Origin: Andalucia godoyi And28
Lineage: Eukaryota > Protista > Jakobida
Length of the DNA: 248,000 bases
NCBI GenBank assembly: GCA_009859145.1
Contig: VRVR01000013.1
Span: forward strand, 144,001 to 392,000
Reading direction: 5' to 3'
A model generated the notes under the pieces. That model did not search any database, was not told the origin of the DNA, and worked only from the letters and a program-made list of their open reading frames with translations. Of the stretch, positions 161,827 to 172,808 are shown in pieces. Both the position numbers and the translations under genes were made by a program. Each line of letters opens with the position of its first letter. Within the stretch, counting starts at the first letter, position 1.

Positions 161827-163851
161827 ATGCTGTTCCTTTTAAAGTGCCTTGACGCATCTGGCTCGCAGAGTCTTCGCGAATGGTCTACAAATAGGAAGAT
161901 AGCGAGCATGCAGCGTAAGCAGTCTGCGTTGTTAGCAGAGATGAACCGAGTGTTTGCGTCGCCCCCGCCGTTCGAAGCGCTGGCAAGCTGCACACATGGG
162001 TCAATTGGGCTGCTTGAAGACCGAGAAGGCGGGTCGAGGATCACGACCATTGCAAACCGCCCTAATCGAACAGTTTCTCCAACAGAGGGTCTTCGGGTGA
162101 TTGTGAGTTCCAGCGTTAATGCACAGGGGATCGCATCGAGTCTCGGCATCTCAGTTGATGAATGGGCTAAAGAAAAGGTGCTTGTGTACCATCTGACGCT
162201 GGCATGGATCAACGGCGTCCCTTTTCGGTCAACACCGTCTTACGTTCCGAACCGAAGGACCGCAGCCAGCTCCAAGGTGCAAGCAGGTGCGTTCGAGGAT
162301 GTGGTTATGAAGAAGGTGCCTGCTGTGGTGAATGTCTCGTACCTTGGGCCGCAGCACTCGGTCACTCGGTCAACCCGCATCGCGCTTCGGGCGAATGTTA
162401 GGGATCAAGCGGCAAATGTTTATTTCTTGGATGACTGGATTCCTTTGTGGGAGACCGTCTTGTCTGAACAGTCGAGGCTGTTCAGCACTTCAGCACCCGT
162501 CGCCAATCCAAACGCACTGCTTGCTTCCCCGCCTGCCTCCAGGAGTTCCTTTTCCAATGCTCCCTTTCTGGGAGCGTCATCGTCATCTCAGCCTTCGTCT
162601 GCTCGATCGAGCTTTGTTGATCCGTCGTCAATGGACGCTTTCCAACCACGCCTGCAAGGTGGCTCACAATCACAATCACAATCACAATCACAATCATACC
162701 ACCATCAACAGCAGCAGCAATCTCAGTCCGCAAGAAGCTCGATCATCGGAGGAAGTGTTACACGCTCGTATCAAGATGGTGAGGGTGATGATGTATTTGA
162801 AGAAATATCAACTGTCTCTCCGCTTGGAGTGTCTCCTATTATGTTGACCGCCTCCAATTCGACTGGTGAGTCGCAGCAACTTCATTCATCTTCGACCTCG
162901 CCATCGCAAACGCCATCGCAACAATCATCATTATCATTATCACAATCACAATCACAGTCACAGTCACAGTCACCGGCACAATCGCAATTGCATGCTTCTC
163001 CTCCGCCGTCGAATTCATCGTCCTTCTCGTCTACAACTTCCAATTCAAACTACCCTGCTGGAGCGTCCGAGAGCAGTCAAGGATCGGAATCAAAAGTCCC
163101 TTCCAGGTCTTCCTTCCCATCCAGTACTTCGCAGCATATTTCCGCGACTCCCGAACAATCGAAAACGCAACAGCATCTGGATGCTCCGCCTCCTGCCACT
163201 CCCATCCATTCACAAACAACAAGACCTCCAGGCCCACTTGCCCAGAAACCAGTTGCACTTCCCATTGTTGTGACTTCCGCGAGCAACTCGGCAGCGGTGT
163301 CGGGTGTGCAATTGGTGCTTGCCGAAGTGCTCGTTGTGAGTTTTCGCAAAAGCGACGTTTCCGCTCCGACAAGGAAGAGGGATCCAACCGCGTATGCGTC
163401 TGGGTTTTCCCGCTCGTCCCCGTTTGTTGCTATCGGCTCCTCTCAGCTCTCCATTCCTTCACACCATCAACTTAGCTCTTGCACGGAGTGGCTTCGCAAC
163501 CTGATCCAGGAAAAGGAGGTCGCGCGTGCCGAGAGAGTCCGCCTGCAACGGCTGGCCGTCGAAGAGGAAGAGCGCCGCAGAGCGCAATGCGGAAAGATTG
163601 GAAAGTATGCAGCGTGGCTGTGCAGAAGTTGCGGACTGGGGCCGAAGGCCACGCACTGCGTAGTCTGCGACCAGTGGGCTCCACAAGGACATCGAGCAAT
163701 GCTTTGTTTGGACCACGGGTTTGGGTCACGAGCCAAGAACTGCGCGAAATGCGGCAAGTTTGTTGGTGGTGCAGAAATCCCAGCTGTGTTGTGCAATGAT
163801 CACGGCTATGGAGAGAAGTCGAGCAACTGTGCCGCAATGTACAAGATATAA
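161827..163851 (+). CDS. Low-complexity protein with C-terminal PHF5-like zinc domain
   Basis: LCRSC..HCVVC..LCLDHGFG..CAKC..LCNDH..C. Confidence 0.55.
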   Translation: MLFLLKCLDASGSQSLREWSTNRKIASMQRKQSALLAEMNRVFASPPPFEALASCTHGSIGLLEDREGGSRITTIANRPNRTVSPTEGLRVIVSSSVNAQGIASSLGISVDEWAKEKVLVYHLTLAWINGVPFRSTPSYVPNRRTAASSKVQAGAFEDVVMKKVPAVVNVSYLGPQHSVTRSTRIALRANVRDQAANVYFLDDWIPLWETVLSEQSRLFSTSAPVANPNALLASPPASRSSFSNAPFLGASSSSQPSSARSSFVDPSSMDAFQPRLQGGSQSQSQSQSQSYHHQQQQQSQSARSSIIGGSVTRSYQDGEGDDVFEEISTVSPLGVSPIMLTASNSTGESQQLHSSSTSPSQTPSQQSSLSLSQSQSQSQSQSPAQSQLHASPPPSNSSSFSSTTSNSNYPAGASESSQGSESKVPSRSSFPSSTSQHISATPEQSKTQQHLDAPPPATPIHSQTTRPPGPLAQKPVALPIVVTSASNSAAVSGVQLVLAEVLVVSFRKSDVSAPTRKRDPTAYASGFSRSSPFVAIGSSQLSIPSHHQLSSCTEWLRNLIQEKEVARAERVRLQRLAVEEEERRRAQCGKIGKYAAWLCRSCGLGPKATHCVVCDQWAPQGHRAMLCLDHGFGSRAKNCAKCGKFVGGAEIPAVLCNDHGYGEKSSNCAAMYKI

Positions 163852-164020
163852 TAGCATATAGCATATAGCAAAAAACAACAAAGCAAAAAACAACAAATCA
163901 CCCCACAAACGAATTTTTAATGAAAAGAATAAATGAAAGACGAGATCATCCGTGAAAGGGATGCAAATGAAACTTGGGGCGCAGAAAAACAAAAAGGTCG
164001 ACGAAAATCGGAAAAGTAGA

Positions 164021-165475
164021 TCATGGCTTCCAGAACTGGCTCATATCAATTTCCATGTAGGCATTGTTGCAAGCACCAGACCACTGCGCACCGCTGAATC
164101 GTTCCCACGCTGCATAGACCACTCCGGCATTCAGCGCAGGGTGGAACACGATGCTCATGATATTCTCTCCCGATTTGACGCCGAGCGCACTTGCAATGTC
164201 CACTGCATCGGCGTCCGCAATCTTCGTACCCGATTTAGCGAAGGCAGTAATGAGCTCATTCTGAAGTGCATATCGAGCATAGGACTCATTGAACTGAGAC
164301 GAATTGAGAGTTTGCGTGGACTTGATGGTCGGATCAAACACGTTGTTCGAGCGATAAACCGCTTCCGTGATCGGAAGACTTTCACGAGGATCATTGTCAT
164401 CAAAGAACGCATTCATCGTGGAGATGCTCTCCACTGCAATACCGCGCCCGTCTTGGCAGGATGTGATCCCATGGTTCACTGCCACAGTGTCGCGCATGGA
164501 GTGGAAGATGGAGATGGAATCCGCAATGTCGTGAGCATAGTGGAGAACAGAGCGAAGGCGATACAGCCACGGAGTGCCCAGATACGTGTTCTTCTTGTTC
164601 ATCAAATTCATCTGTTGCACAGTGACTCCGTATTTGTTGACGCCAGCCAAAGCCCCAACTACGCCAGCATATCCAATGACGGCGTACGTTCCATTGTATA
164701 CGGCAATGAGCTTGCTGTTCGCAATGCCCGTCCGGGACATCCAGTCCAGATTCCTCGACGACAAAACCTGTCCACCGACCGACCGACTCCCCCAAACTGC
164801 AAAGTAGTCGCAGCCAAACGTGCGAATCTTCTCGAGGCTCCCCACAAATTCCGGAGTCAAGAACCTGCGAATGTTTCTGTTCTTCGGCATCAAAAATTCA
164901 AACCGAGGATCAAAGTGTTCGCGGTTGTCCGTCGTCCGATCCGCGAGTTCTTCAATCAGAATATCCCCCCATACTCTGTTGTCCCCCGGCATGTTTGCCA
165001 GTCCAACAACGGCAGCGACGCGCGACCCCAAATTCTGGTACCCCTGTGTCTTACCGCCGTCTTCTATTCCTCTGATTTCATCTAGGTATTCCTGAGGCGT
165101 GTACTTTGCCAAAAAGTCGTGGAACTGCCACAGGAAGAAGTCGCTCAGAGCGTCTCCTTCAATTCCAAGATGCACCGCAAACTTTAAAAAGTCAACGTAT
165201 GTCTGGTTAATTTCCTTGGACAGCAATCGACCATAGTCGTATCCCATGTCGTAAAAGCTCGACCCGTGGAGGTCCACAACTTTCAAAGGGGACTCGGGAT
165301 ACCCTGTTCCAGCCGCAGTCGTCACTTGGTACAGTGTCGAAGCACGAGAAGATGCCACTGGAACATAGCCGGTGGGCCGCACGATGGAAGAAGCAGCATA
165401 CGAGACGCTGCACACCGCAGCAGCAGCCAAACAAACAAGCACTGCAGCACACTGCACACGCATTTTGCCAAACAA
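164021..165475 (-). CDS. Secreted Ntn-hydrolase (C45/acid ceramidase-like)
   Basis: GCDYFAVWG, SRNLDW, GVNKYG. Confidence 0.7.
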   Translation of the reverse strand: MFGKMRVQCAAVLVCLAAAAVCSVSYAASSIVRPTGYVPVASSRASTLYQVTTAAGTGYPESPLKVVDLHGSSFYDMGYDYGRLLSKEINQTYVDFLKFAVHLGIEGDALSDFFLWQFHDFLAKYTPQEYLDEIRGIEDGGKTQGYQNLGSRVAAVVGLANMPGDNRVWGDILIEELADRTTDNREHFDPRFEFLMPKNRNIRRFLTPEFVGSLEKIRTFGCDYFAVWGSRSVGGQVLSSRNLDWMSRTGIANSKLIAVYNGTYAVIGYAGVVGALAGVNKYGVTVQQMNLMNKKNTYLGTPWLYRLRSVLHYAHDIADSISIFHSMRDTVAVNHGITSCQDGRGIAVESISTMNAFFDDNDPRESLPITEAVYRSNNVFDPTIKSTQTLNSSQFNESYARYALQNELITAFAKSGTKIADADAVDIASALGVKSGENIMSIVFHPALNAGVVYAAWERFSGAQWSGACNNAYMEIDMSQFWKP

Positions 165476-165889
165476 AACGTACCAATGAAATGCTGTCGAA
165501 CCGAATCGGTCTTGTGAAGCGAAGGGAGGTCAAAAAAAAAAAAAAAACACACACTGCGGAAAAGGAGAAGAAAGAGAATACTCGAAAAACGAAACCACGA
165601 ACTACAAAGACGGGCATGGAAAGAAGGAGAAACTAGGAGGGGGGAAAGGGACCCTAAAGATCGGGAACTTTCGGAGGGAAGTTTTTCCTTCAAATTGATT
165701 CGTTTCCTCTTGCAAGGCCGCTCTGATCTGACAGTCATGTCATCGGCTGTGACATGCGTGCGAGCACAGCCTTCCATTCTGGGACGGTGGGGATTCTCCA
165801 GTGTGAAAACGAAAACAACGACTTGCGAAAAAAGAAGACACGAGTCCAAGAGAAATGAGAAAGCATTTCCCCTTCCCTGAGGCCTGAGC

Positions 165890-166306
165890 CTACACAGTGC
165901 CGAGGTTCGCAACACGTTCGGATAGTCTGTGGTACATATTCTTGTAATGAAGATTCAAAACGCACCATTCAAGGTACTCGTTTCGTCGGCCAAAGTAGTC
166001 CTTGCCGTTCATCCACGCATGCTCAAACAAGTCGATCGCCGCGATGGCCGACCTCAAGACTCGTCGCGATTCTTGCTCATCCGTATTCGGAGGAACATGA
166101 ACAAAGCACAGACCATTCCGGCCTCCTCCTCCTCCAGCTGCTGTTGCTGAATCCGGCCTTTGATGCTTCTGTGCACATATGGCAAGAAATCCGAGTGAAA
166201 ACAAGCTCGTGAGCTCCATGCACGTGTTCAGCAATTCCGCTGAATCCAACCCGAGTGCCTCCAATCTGGTTTTGTAAAATTGCCATTCCGATTGCTCGCT
166301 GTTCGT

Positions 166307-166340
<34 letters not shown>

Positions 166341-166696
166341 GTGTCACTGTACTTGTGCTTCTGATTGCCAGAGTCAAGAAGCACAGAAGAGAAGAACAAT
166401 GCATGCCAGTCTCGGTCGAGATCGTCCATTTGCGTCGTCATCGCTATATGTTGGCTCCATGTTTCCTTGTCTTGCGCAGCCACGGTCGCAAACACGGGCA
166501 CAGAAGTGCTTGCGACGAACACACTCGGCTCACCGTCCGTTCCAGAACACGGCGGACAACGACACTCGGATGGATTGCTCGACAAGTGCGAAAAAAGACG
166601 CTCCAATCGATGCACAGACTTCGAAGACATCATCAAGAACGCACACATTCCAGCGAACACCCAGCACCATACAGACCAGCGCACAACAAAAAACAA
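165890..166696 (-). CDS. Hypothetical protein
   Basis: 268-aa ORF. Confidence 0.4.
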
Positions 166697-166882
166697 AAAA
166701 AAATGCCATTGTTCAGCACTTAATCTTTAGATTTCGCGTATGATTACGACTGGCTGTTGCGAGAAAAAGGCGGGGGCGAATAAAGGAGGCGATACGTTTA
166801 TATAACGATATCTGTACTGTACACATGTAATTATAAATTAGGACTGGAAAAAATCAAAAAAGAGGGGTTGGGTTGAATACTG

Positions 166883-169800
166883 CTATAAAAAAGACAGTGG
166901 CACTCTGGGCTCGTGAATGGCCATGGGACCGGGTCTGTAATACGCTTTGGATTGGGCTGCGTGAGAGGAAACGTCTCGTGCAAAGGGTGCTGTCTCCGGA
167001 CAGCGCAAGAAATGAGATTGGTTCTCCTTGAGCTGGAGATCGGAATGCCGAATTTGCTTCTTGAGATTTTCTTGAAAGTCCTTTGCTCGAATCCGTCGAA
167101 TCATGTTTGCTCGGCGTAGCCAGAACAGAAAGACGCGGTCCATCATCTTGTTTCGCACGCGAATTCGCATGTCAGTGGAAGCTTTGGTTTCCCGCTTGTT
167201 TCTCACAACAACTTCACGCCACTTCCGAATGACGCGGATCATCAGATCGCATTCAAAAGCCTTGAACTGCGGACGCAAAAACGACAAGAACCGCTGGTTT
167301 TGCGCTTGCATAGCGGTTTTGGTCGATGGTATGTGCACGAGGATTCCAGATGCGGATCTGATGTGGCTCGGAGAAGGCGCATGGCTTGTCTCGTGGAGGG
167401 ATAAGGACGATTCTTTCGAACGAGGATCTGTTGAATTGGACAGTTTGGCAATCCGTTCCATAGACAAGACTGTGGACTTTGGATCAAGCGTTCCGGACTG
167501 CTTCTTGGACATTCGGCCAAAGTAGAATTCGTCGGCCGCGGACTGGAGTGCCGCAATTCTCTTACGGTCTGCAAACCGCAACCTCCACTTCGAAAATGAC
167601 CTCTTCGTGATGCCCGGACGGGCTAAGTGGTCCGCCGCAGCCTTGTCCTTCCGGTCCTCTTTCCGCCTGTGCACAAACAAAATCCAGGATATCACGCACC
167701 GATGCTGAAGACGGCGAGCACGAGCTTCCAGCAACGCTTTCCTCTTCTTGTACATGGAGGATTGTGCACAGGTATACTGCTTCCATGTGCGCAGGCAGCG
167801 TAGAGCAAATTTCCAGGCTGATCGCTGACGTGCGAGGCGCACGCATCGATTGAGCAGAGTGCGAGTTTTCCACAAGACAAATGACCTCTTCACTTGCATG
167901 CGCCGGTGAATTTGTGCCGGTCGAGCGTGACAACTGTCCGCAGTGGACTCTCGCCAGTTTCGAAGAATGACCCGAGCAATGACATCGGTTCTCTTCAAAG
168001 ACTGCCAAAACCGTTGTTTCCAGATCCGAAGAGCACGGGCTGCGGTTTGTCGGCCATTGATCATCGAAATGAGGGTCTTCCGACGGCGAACGAAATCCTT
168101 CCAGGCAAGGAAGCATTCGATCGACCGTCGGTACACACGTCGCACAGCGAAGGCTTGGACTTTCACACGATTCTCGACACTCGATTTCCAGAAGCGGAAC
168201 GATTTTCCCAGGAGAGCACACACTCTCCAGTTAACAGCAATGTCCTCTTGGTACTGCCGGAATCTATGGAAATCAGATTTTCGGACGTGTTTTCTCCAGC
168301 CGCGAAACGCCATACGAAGGACATCCTCATTTTCAAGCTCTTCTGGATATTCAAACAACCGGAAATTCCAAAACATGAGCGCTCTGTTGAACACCCGCTT
168401 CACTAGCTGTCGATTCCCCAGTCGAGATTTCCACAGATGCCAACAATAGTGAATCTTCCGTCCATGACTCTTTGACTGCACTGATCTGATGATGTGGGCT
168501 TCCAATCGCCGTCGTAAAGCGAATTGTTTCCAGACCGTCATCACCCTTCGCAGATGGCGATGCGAATCTACTTCAATGCTGCGAAGCGTCTTTATCAGCA
168601 ATTCTCGCTTCAGCTGCACAAGCTTCTTGAGACGGCCAAGGTATTTTGCGAGATAGATCTTTCTGTAGCCGATGGTTCCCAGGGCAACTTCCGTCTCTGC
168701 CAGCCTCCGCGAAATGGATCGCCACCAAAAGAAAACGTCCATTATGTCACGGTGCTTCATTTTCTCGGTCAGCGAATGCAGACCCTCGACGCGACGCTTG
168801 GCCATGTCGCGCCACTTGGGCAGCATTCTCTTCATGACAATGCGCAGCATCATCTCATTGGACTTCCTTCCGACATAGCGTTCCAGGAACGCATCATACC
168901 AAATAGCAAGGCAAGCACGTCCAAGTTTGTTTCGATAAAAAAGAGTTGCTTGCTGCAGCAACGAACGATCGGCAACAGGGGTATCTGATTTCGGCAAGTC
169001 CTCCTTCAACATCATCACGAACATGGCAGCGTGTGCAGGAGAAAAGCTCGGTCCAATCATCGGGTTTCCGTCAATCTGCGCCTTTGCCTGGCATGCCACT
169101 CTTCCATAAGACTTGAGCGTGGGCATAAGCTCTCGGATATCCGTAACAACATTCGGAAACGTGAACGACGGTGCGGACACTGGACAGGATGATGCAGTGT
169201 CGGGCGTGTATTGAGAAATGGACATTCCAGCGCCGCCGGGCTTTGAGGAGCCTGCCGACGAAACGCGATCGTACGAAATGGGTGCCCTTTTAGGCAAGGA
169301 AAGTGCTGAGGAGATTCGTGGCGGAGGTGCTGGCTTGCTGCTGCTGGTCACGGAAACCGGAGTTGGTGCCAATGAAGAGACTGTGGACGCTTCATCGTCT
169401 CTGCGGCTCTTAATGGGCTTAGGGCGCATAGATTCTGCCCGGCGCACCACAGACGCGTCTGCGTGATGCAGTCGGGTCGCGGGTATGTTATGTACACTTG
169501 AAGTCCGGGAAATGGGACCCACATCTCCAGCGCCTCTCTTGAGAATATGGGAAACACTGTCCGTTGACGATGTGCCAAGATGCTCGAGGAAATCCTCAAC
169601 AGTTGAGACATCAGTTATGGTGGCGTCCTGAGGCGACAGTGACGGGATTCCCTTGTTCTCGCGGAATTCTCGACGAAGGGCCGACAGCTTTGCAGTTTCG
169701 TCGCCATGGCGTAGATAGAATCTCGAAATCAACCCGGAAAAAGCGGACGAAGCGGAGAAATTGGTATCGAGCGTTGCAGCCCCCGCAGCATTGGAAGACG

Positions 169801-171949
169801 CCATGAGCTGCAGTCGCTCTTTGGCCACATGGTCCCGCATGACAATCGATCTCCAAGCCACAAAAGCTTTTGCTTTGGAACTGTAAACAGCATAGCGACC
169901 GACCATCGCAGACTGCATTTCATCCAAAATAATACGCCGACTCAAAAACTTCATCCTGCGAAACGCGTGTAGCATCAGAGAACATAGATAGTGCTTGTCC
170001 GCTTTCAGTACATTCACGAAACTTGCAAACCACCAATGGAAACATTGACGTTGAATCCGCTTCTGGCGACGCTGGCTGACCGACTCCACTCTGGAAACGA
170101 GATCAAGCGACTGTGAAGCGAACGCTCGAAGCGACGACAGACAACTTTGGGCGATGCGAACGGCGACAGCTTCGTCGGCGGCGTCCACTGCACGCTCGAT
170201 TAAATTTCTTCTGCGAGACAGGAACTGGAGATGCCGAAGAAACAACTTGGCGATGGTTCTTGTTGCAACCTGGCTATGCAGATGCGACTGTAACGAGGAG
170301 ATTTCCTTGTGAGAAGCGTGGGTAGCCGAAATTCTTGACGACGTACCAGCCTGCGCCAAGCCCCCGCGCATCCTTGATAAATGGGAACCGAGGCCCTTGA
170401 CAGATTTGGAAGTCCGAACAGCAGTTTCAACCTTTTTGCGCTCTTGCGCTCGCATCAACAGCAAATCGCGCAGTGCTTCGTCTGCTCCGTCGTACAAAGC
170501 CCTGTTTTGCAAAGAGTGTGCTGCTTCAAAGTCTCTTATCGATGCACCCTTTTCCTCAAGAACTTCGGATCGTATTCCAAGGCACAAAGCAAGAAAGGGA
170601 TCCAAAGGAGAGCCTCGCGATGAATCGTCAGAGACTGAGTATGGGCGCTGACGGCAGCTAAGAAAACTATGCGGCTCTGCTCGCTCAGAATCGAGGGACA
170701 CTCCAGACACATAGGAGGACGATGATATTGCAAAAGACGAGTCTTGCGCATGAGCAGGCTTGGATCCGCTTGACGGTTCGTGTTGGCGGACAGCGGTCGA
170801 AAGCGCAAGATTATGAGACGTTTGGGCCGATGGCACTGTAACCTCGACACGAGAGGGCGAGAATGAGAGGCGTTTTCGAGGTCCTTGGACCATGGTATCG
170901 GCGGGCACAGAGCTTGTTCTGCAATCGGGATCCATTCTGTCAATGATTGTTTCATGCAACGGACTGACACCATAGCTGCGGGGATACGGCGACGTTTTAG
171001 GCAGATCAGCGATGGCATTGCGACCAGGAGTGGATTGGAGCGAGGGAGGTACTGATAAGGTCCGTGAATACGAGGTGTCGGCAGTCCTTCCACGAGCACC
171101 GCTTGCGCTAACTGATCGACCGGAGTGCAGCGTACGCGGTGCAGGAACATTCGACAAATACTGCTCGAGCTCTGACAAGTTAGCGGAGACAAAAGGCTCT
171201 CCTGCTGCTCTTCTTTCGACTTTTGCATCAATCTCTCTCTTTCTGCTTTCGACATCGGACTCTGAAAGAACCCTCCGATCCACCGCAGCGGGTTTCGGTG
171301 GGGCTGCGTGAACGGTCACCTGCGGCTGCAATCGGGGTGAAGGCGGTACCGAGGAGCCTATGCTAGATATGTCGTCTGGATCCTCGATAGCGATCTGGGT
171401 CTTCTTGTTTCGCGATTCTGGAGTTTGCGTCGACAGAGACTTCGGTCTCGATTTCAGAGGGGTCACACCAGCTCGATCCAGACGAATTAACTGGGACTCT
171501 GACTGCACCGAAGAATGCTGAGCGGAAGCAGAGACAAGAGCTCGTGACAGCTCTCGCAAAGGCGAGTGGTCATCTTCCAAAGCCTCCACAGTCTCCTCCC
171601 ATTCCGGGTACGAACTCGAACGAAGATTTGTAACTTGTGGACGAGATCGTGGTTGCACCAGACCCGCCGCCGCCGACGCAGTAGTAGCCTCTGTTTCGGC
171701 AGAACGCTTCAGATACCGGTCAATGTTGGGTGATTTATCTCTGTGCAACTGTTCTTCACGAGTTTTTTTCAACTCGGATTGCTTCCTCGCTGAGGGGAAC
171801 TCAAAGACCAAAGACTTTTGTGGCGATGGCGCCCCAGTGCGAAGCGACGCATCCATTGTCTGGAACGCTCTACTTGGGCTGACACTGACCCCGACTCGTT
171901 CCAACGTAAAATAAACACAAACGCCATTTAGATTAGGAAATGAAGACAC
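166883..171949 (-). CDS. Sfi1-like centrin-binding repeat protein
   Basis: Repeated F/LxxW motifs in a basic helical region. Confidence 0.55.
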   Translation of the reverse strand: MSSFPNLNGVCVYFTLERVGVSVSPSRAFQTMDASLRTGAPSPQKSLVFEFPSARKQSELKKTREEQLHRDKSPNIDRYLKRSAETEATTASAAAGLVQPRSRPQVTNLRSSSYPEWEETVEALEDDHSPLRELSRALVSASAQHSSVQSESQLIRLDRAGVTPLKSRPKSLSTQTPESRNKKTQIAIEDPDDISSIGSSVPPSPRLQPQVTVHAAPPKPAAVDRRVLSESDVESRKREIDAKVERRAAGEPFVSANLSELEQYLSNVPAPRTLHSGRSVSASGARGRTADTSYSRTLSVPPSLQSTPGRNAIADLPKTSPYPRSYGVSPLHETIIDRMDPDCRTSSVPADTMVQGPRKRLSFSPSRVEVTVPSAQTSHNLALSTAVRQHEPSSGSKPAHAQDSSFAISSSSYVSGVSLDSERAEPHSFLSCRQRPYSVSDDSSRGSPLDPFLALCLGIRSEVLEEKGASIRDFEAAHSLQNRALYDGADEALRDLLLMRAQERKKVETAVRTSKSVKGLGSHLSRMRGGLAQAGTSSRISATHASHKEISSLQSHLHSQVATRTIAKLFLRHLQFLSRRRNLIERAVDAADEAVAVRIAQSCLSSLRAFASQSLDLVSRVESVSQRRQKRIQRQCFHWWFASFVNVLKADKHYLCSLMLHAFRRMKFLSRRIILDEMQSAMVGRYAVYSSKAKAFVAWRSIVMRDHVAKERLQLMASSNAAGAATLDTNFSASSAFSGLISRFYLRHGDETAKLSALRREFRENKGIPSLSPQDATITDVSTVEDFLEHLGTSSTDSVSHILKRGAGDVGPISRTSSVHNIPATRLHHADASVVRRAESMRPKPIKSRRDDEASTVSSLAPTPVSVTSSSKPAPPPRISSALSLPKRAPISYDRVSSAGSSKPGGAGMSISQYTPDTASSCPVSAPSFTFPNVVTDIRELMPTLKSYGRVACQAKAQIDGNPMIGPSFSPAHAAMFVMMLKEDLPKSDTPVADRSLLQQATLFYRNKLGRACLAIWYDAFLERYVGRKSNEMMLRIVMKRMLPKWRDMAKRRVEGLHSLTEKMKHRDIMDVFFWWRSISRRLAETEVALGTIGYRKIYLAKYLGRLKKLVQLKRELLIKTLRSIEVDSHRHLRRVMTVWKQFALRRRLEAHIIRSVQSKSHGRKIHYCWHLWKSRLGNRQLVKRVFNRALMFWNFRLFEYPEELENEDVLRMAFRGWRKHVRKSDFHRFRQYQEDIAVNWRVCALLGKSFRFWKSSVENRVKVQAFAVRRVYRRSIECFLAWKDFVRRRKTLISMINGRQTAARALRIWKQRFWQSLKRTDVIARVILRNWRESTADSCHARPAQIHRRMQVKRSFVLWKTRTLLNRCVRLARQRSAWKFALRCLRTWKQYTCAQSSMYKKRKALLEARARRLQHRCVISWILFVHRRKEDRKDKAAADHLARPGITKRSFSKWRLRFADRKRIAALQSAADEFYFGRMSKKQSGTLDPKSTVLSMERIAKLSNSTDPRSKESSLSLHETSHAPSPSHIRSASGILVHIPSTKTAMQAQNQRFLSFLRPQFKAFECDLMIRVIRKWREVVVRNKRETKASTDMRIRVRNKMMDRVFLFWLRRANMIRRIRAKDFQENLKKQIRHSDLQLKENQSHFLRCPETAPFARDVSSHAAQSKAYYRPGPMAIHEPRVPLSFL

Positions 171950-172689
171950 GGATCGACTGGAGTACTAGCTGAATTCGAAAGGAAACATACGTCGGTGTTC
172001 TCGTAGACGACTTGAGATCAGAATCTGCTGATGATTTTGGTCGAAAAGCAACTGGTACACTGGATCTGCAACGAATTAAAAAAACACAATGTAAGACGCG
172101 AGAACAAGCATAATTGCGGGAAAAAAACATGCAACAACGAAGTTAAAAAGAGCAAGAGCCCCGCCGCATACTGTTCTCGTGGTTTATCGGGAGAAATAGG
172201 ATGGTTCACAAGGAACCTCACTGTTTTCTTCATGAACGCCGAGTCGTGTTTTTCACAATGTTAACACACACCGCCTTTTTTCTTTAATGCATGCGGAACA
172301 CCCAGCAGGAATACAAAACTGGAATACGTTAACTGTGAATCCAAACCAACTGAAACAGCCAATAAAAATAATATTAAAAAAAATCAAAAGCAGCAACAAC
172401 AAAAAACAAGAACAGACAGAAAACGAGGGAAGCCATTTGCTGTAGACTCTGCGTCTTTTGCGAGGGAAACTGACTGCATGACAATTTCGTTATTGTCAGA
172501 GAAGTTCCCCGACGCATTAACGTTCTGTTGCCAAAATCACCCGATAAGTCCCCGCTTTCCGGTTTGCTCATACGTTGTTCAAACCCATCGTTTTCGTTTT
172601 TGCCTTTCGTTTTGTTGCAGTTTCTTTTTGCAGCTTCTTTCCCCCTCCATCATTCAGTCGCAGCCAGCTTGTTTACTTTTCCCCCCCTC

Positions 172690-172796
172690 GGTGTCTCGGT
172701 GTCTCGGTGTCTTGGTGTCTTGGTGTCTTGGTGTCTTGGTGTCTTGGTGTCTTGGTGTCTTGGTGCCTTGGTGTCTTGGTGTCTTGGTGTCTTGGG
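172690..172796. repeat. 8-bp tandem repeat (GGTGTCTT)n, about 13 units
   Basis: Direct reading. Confidence 0.9.
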
Positions 172797-172808
172797 AATA
172801 TCCACTAG

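Noticed and set aside
163952-165085. 377-aa plus-strand ORF
   Set aside because: Antisense to the Ntn-hydrolase gene with no motifs.
172690-172796. GGTGTCTT array as an interstitial telomere
   Set aside because: Unit does not match any telomere repeat I can tie to this lineage and occurs once.
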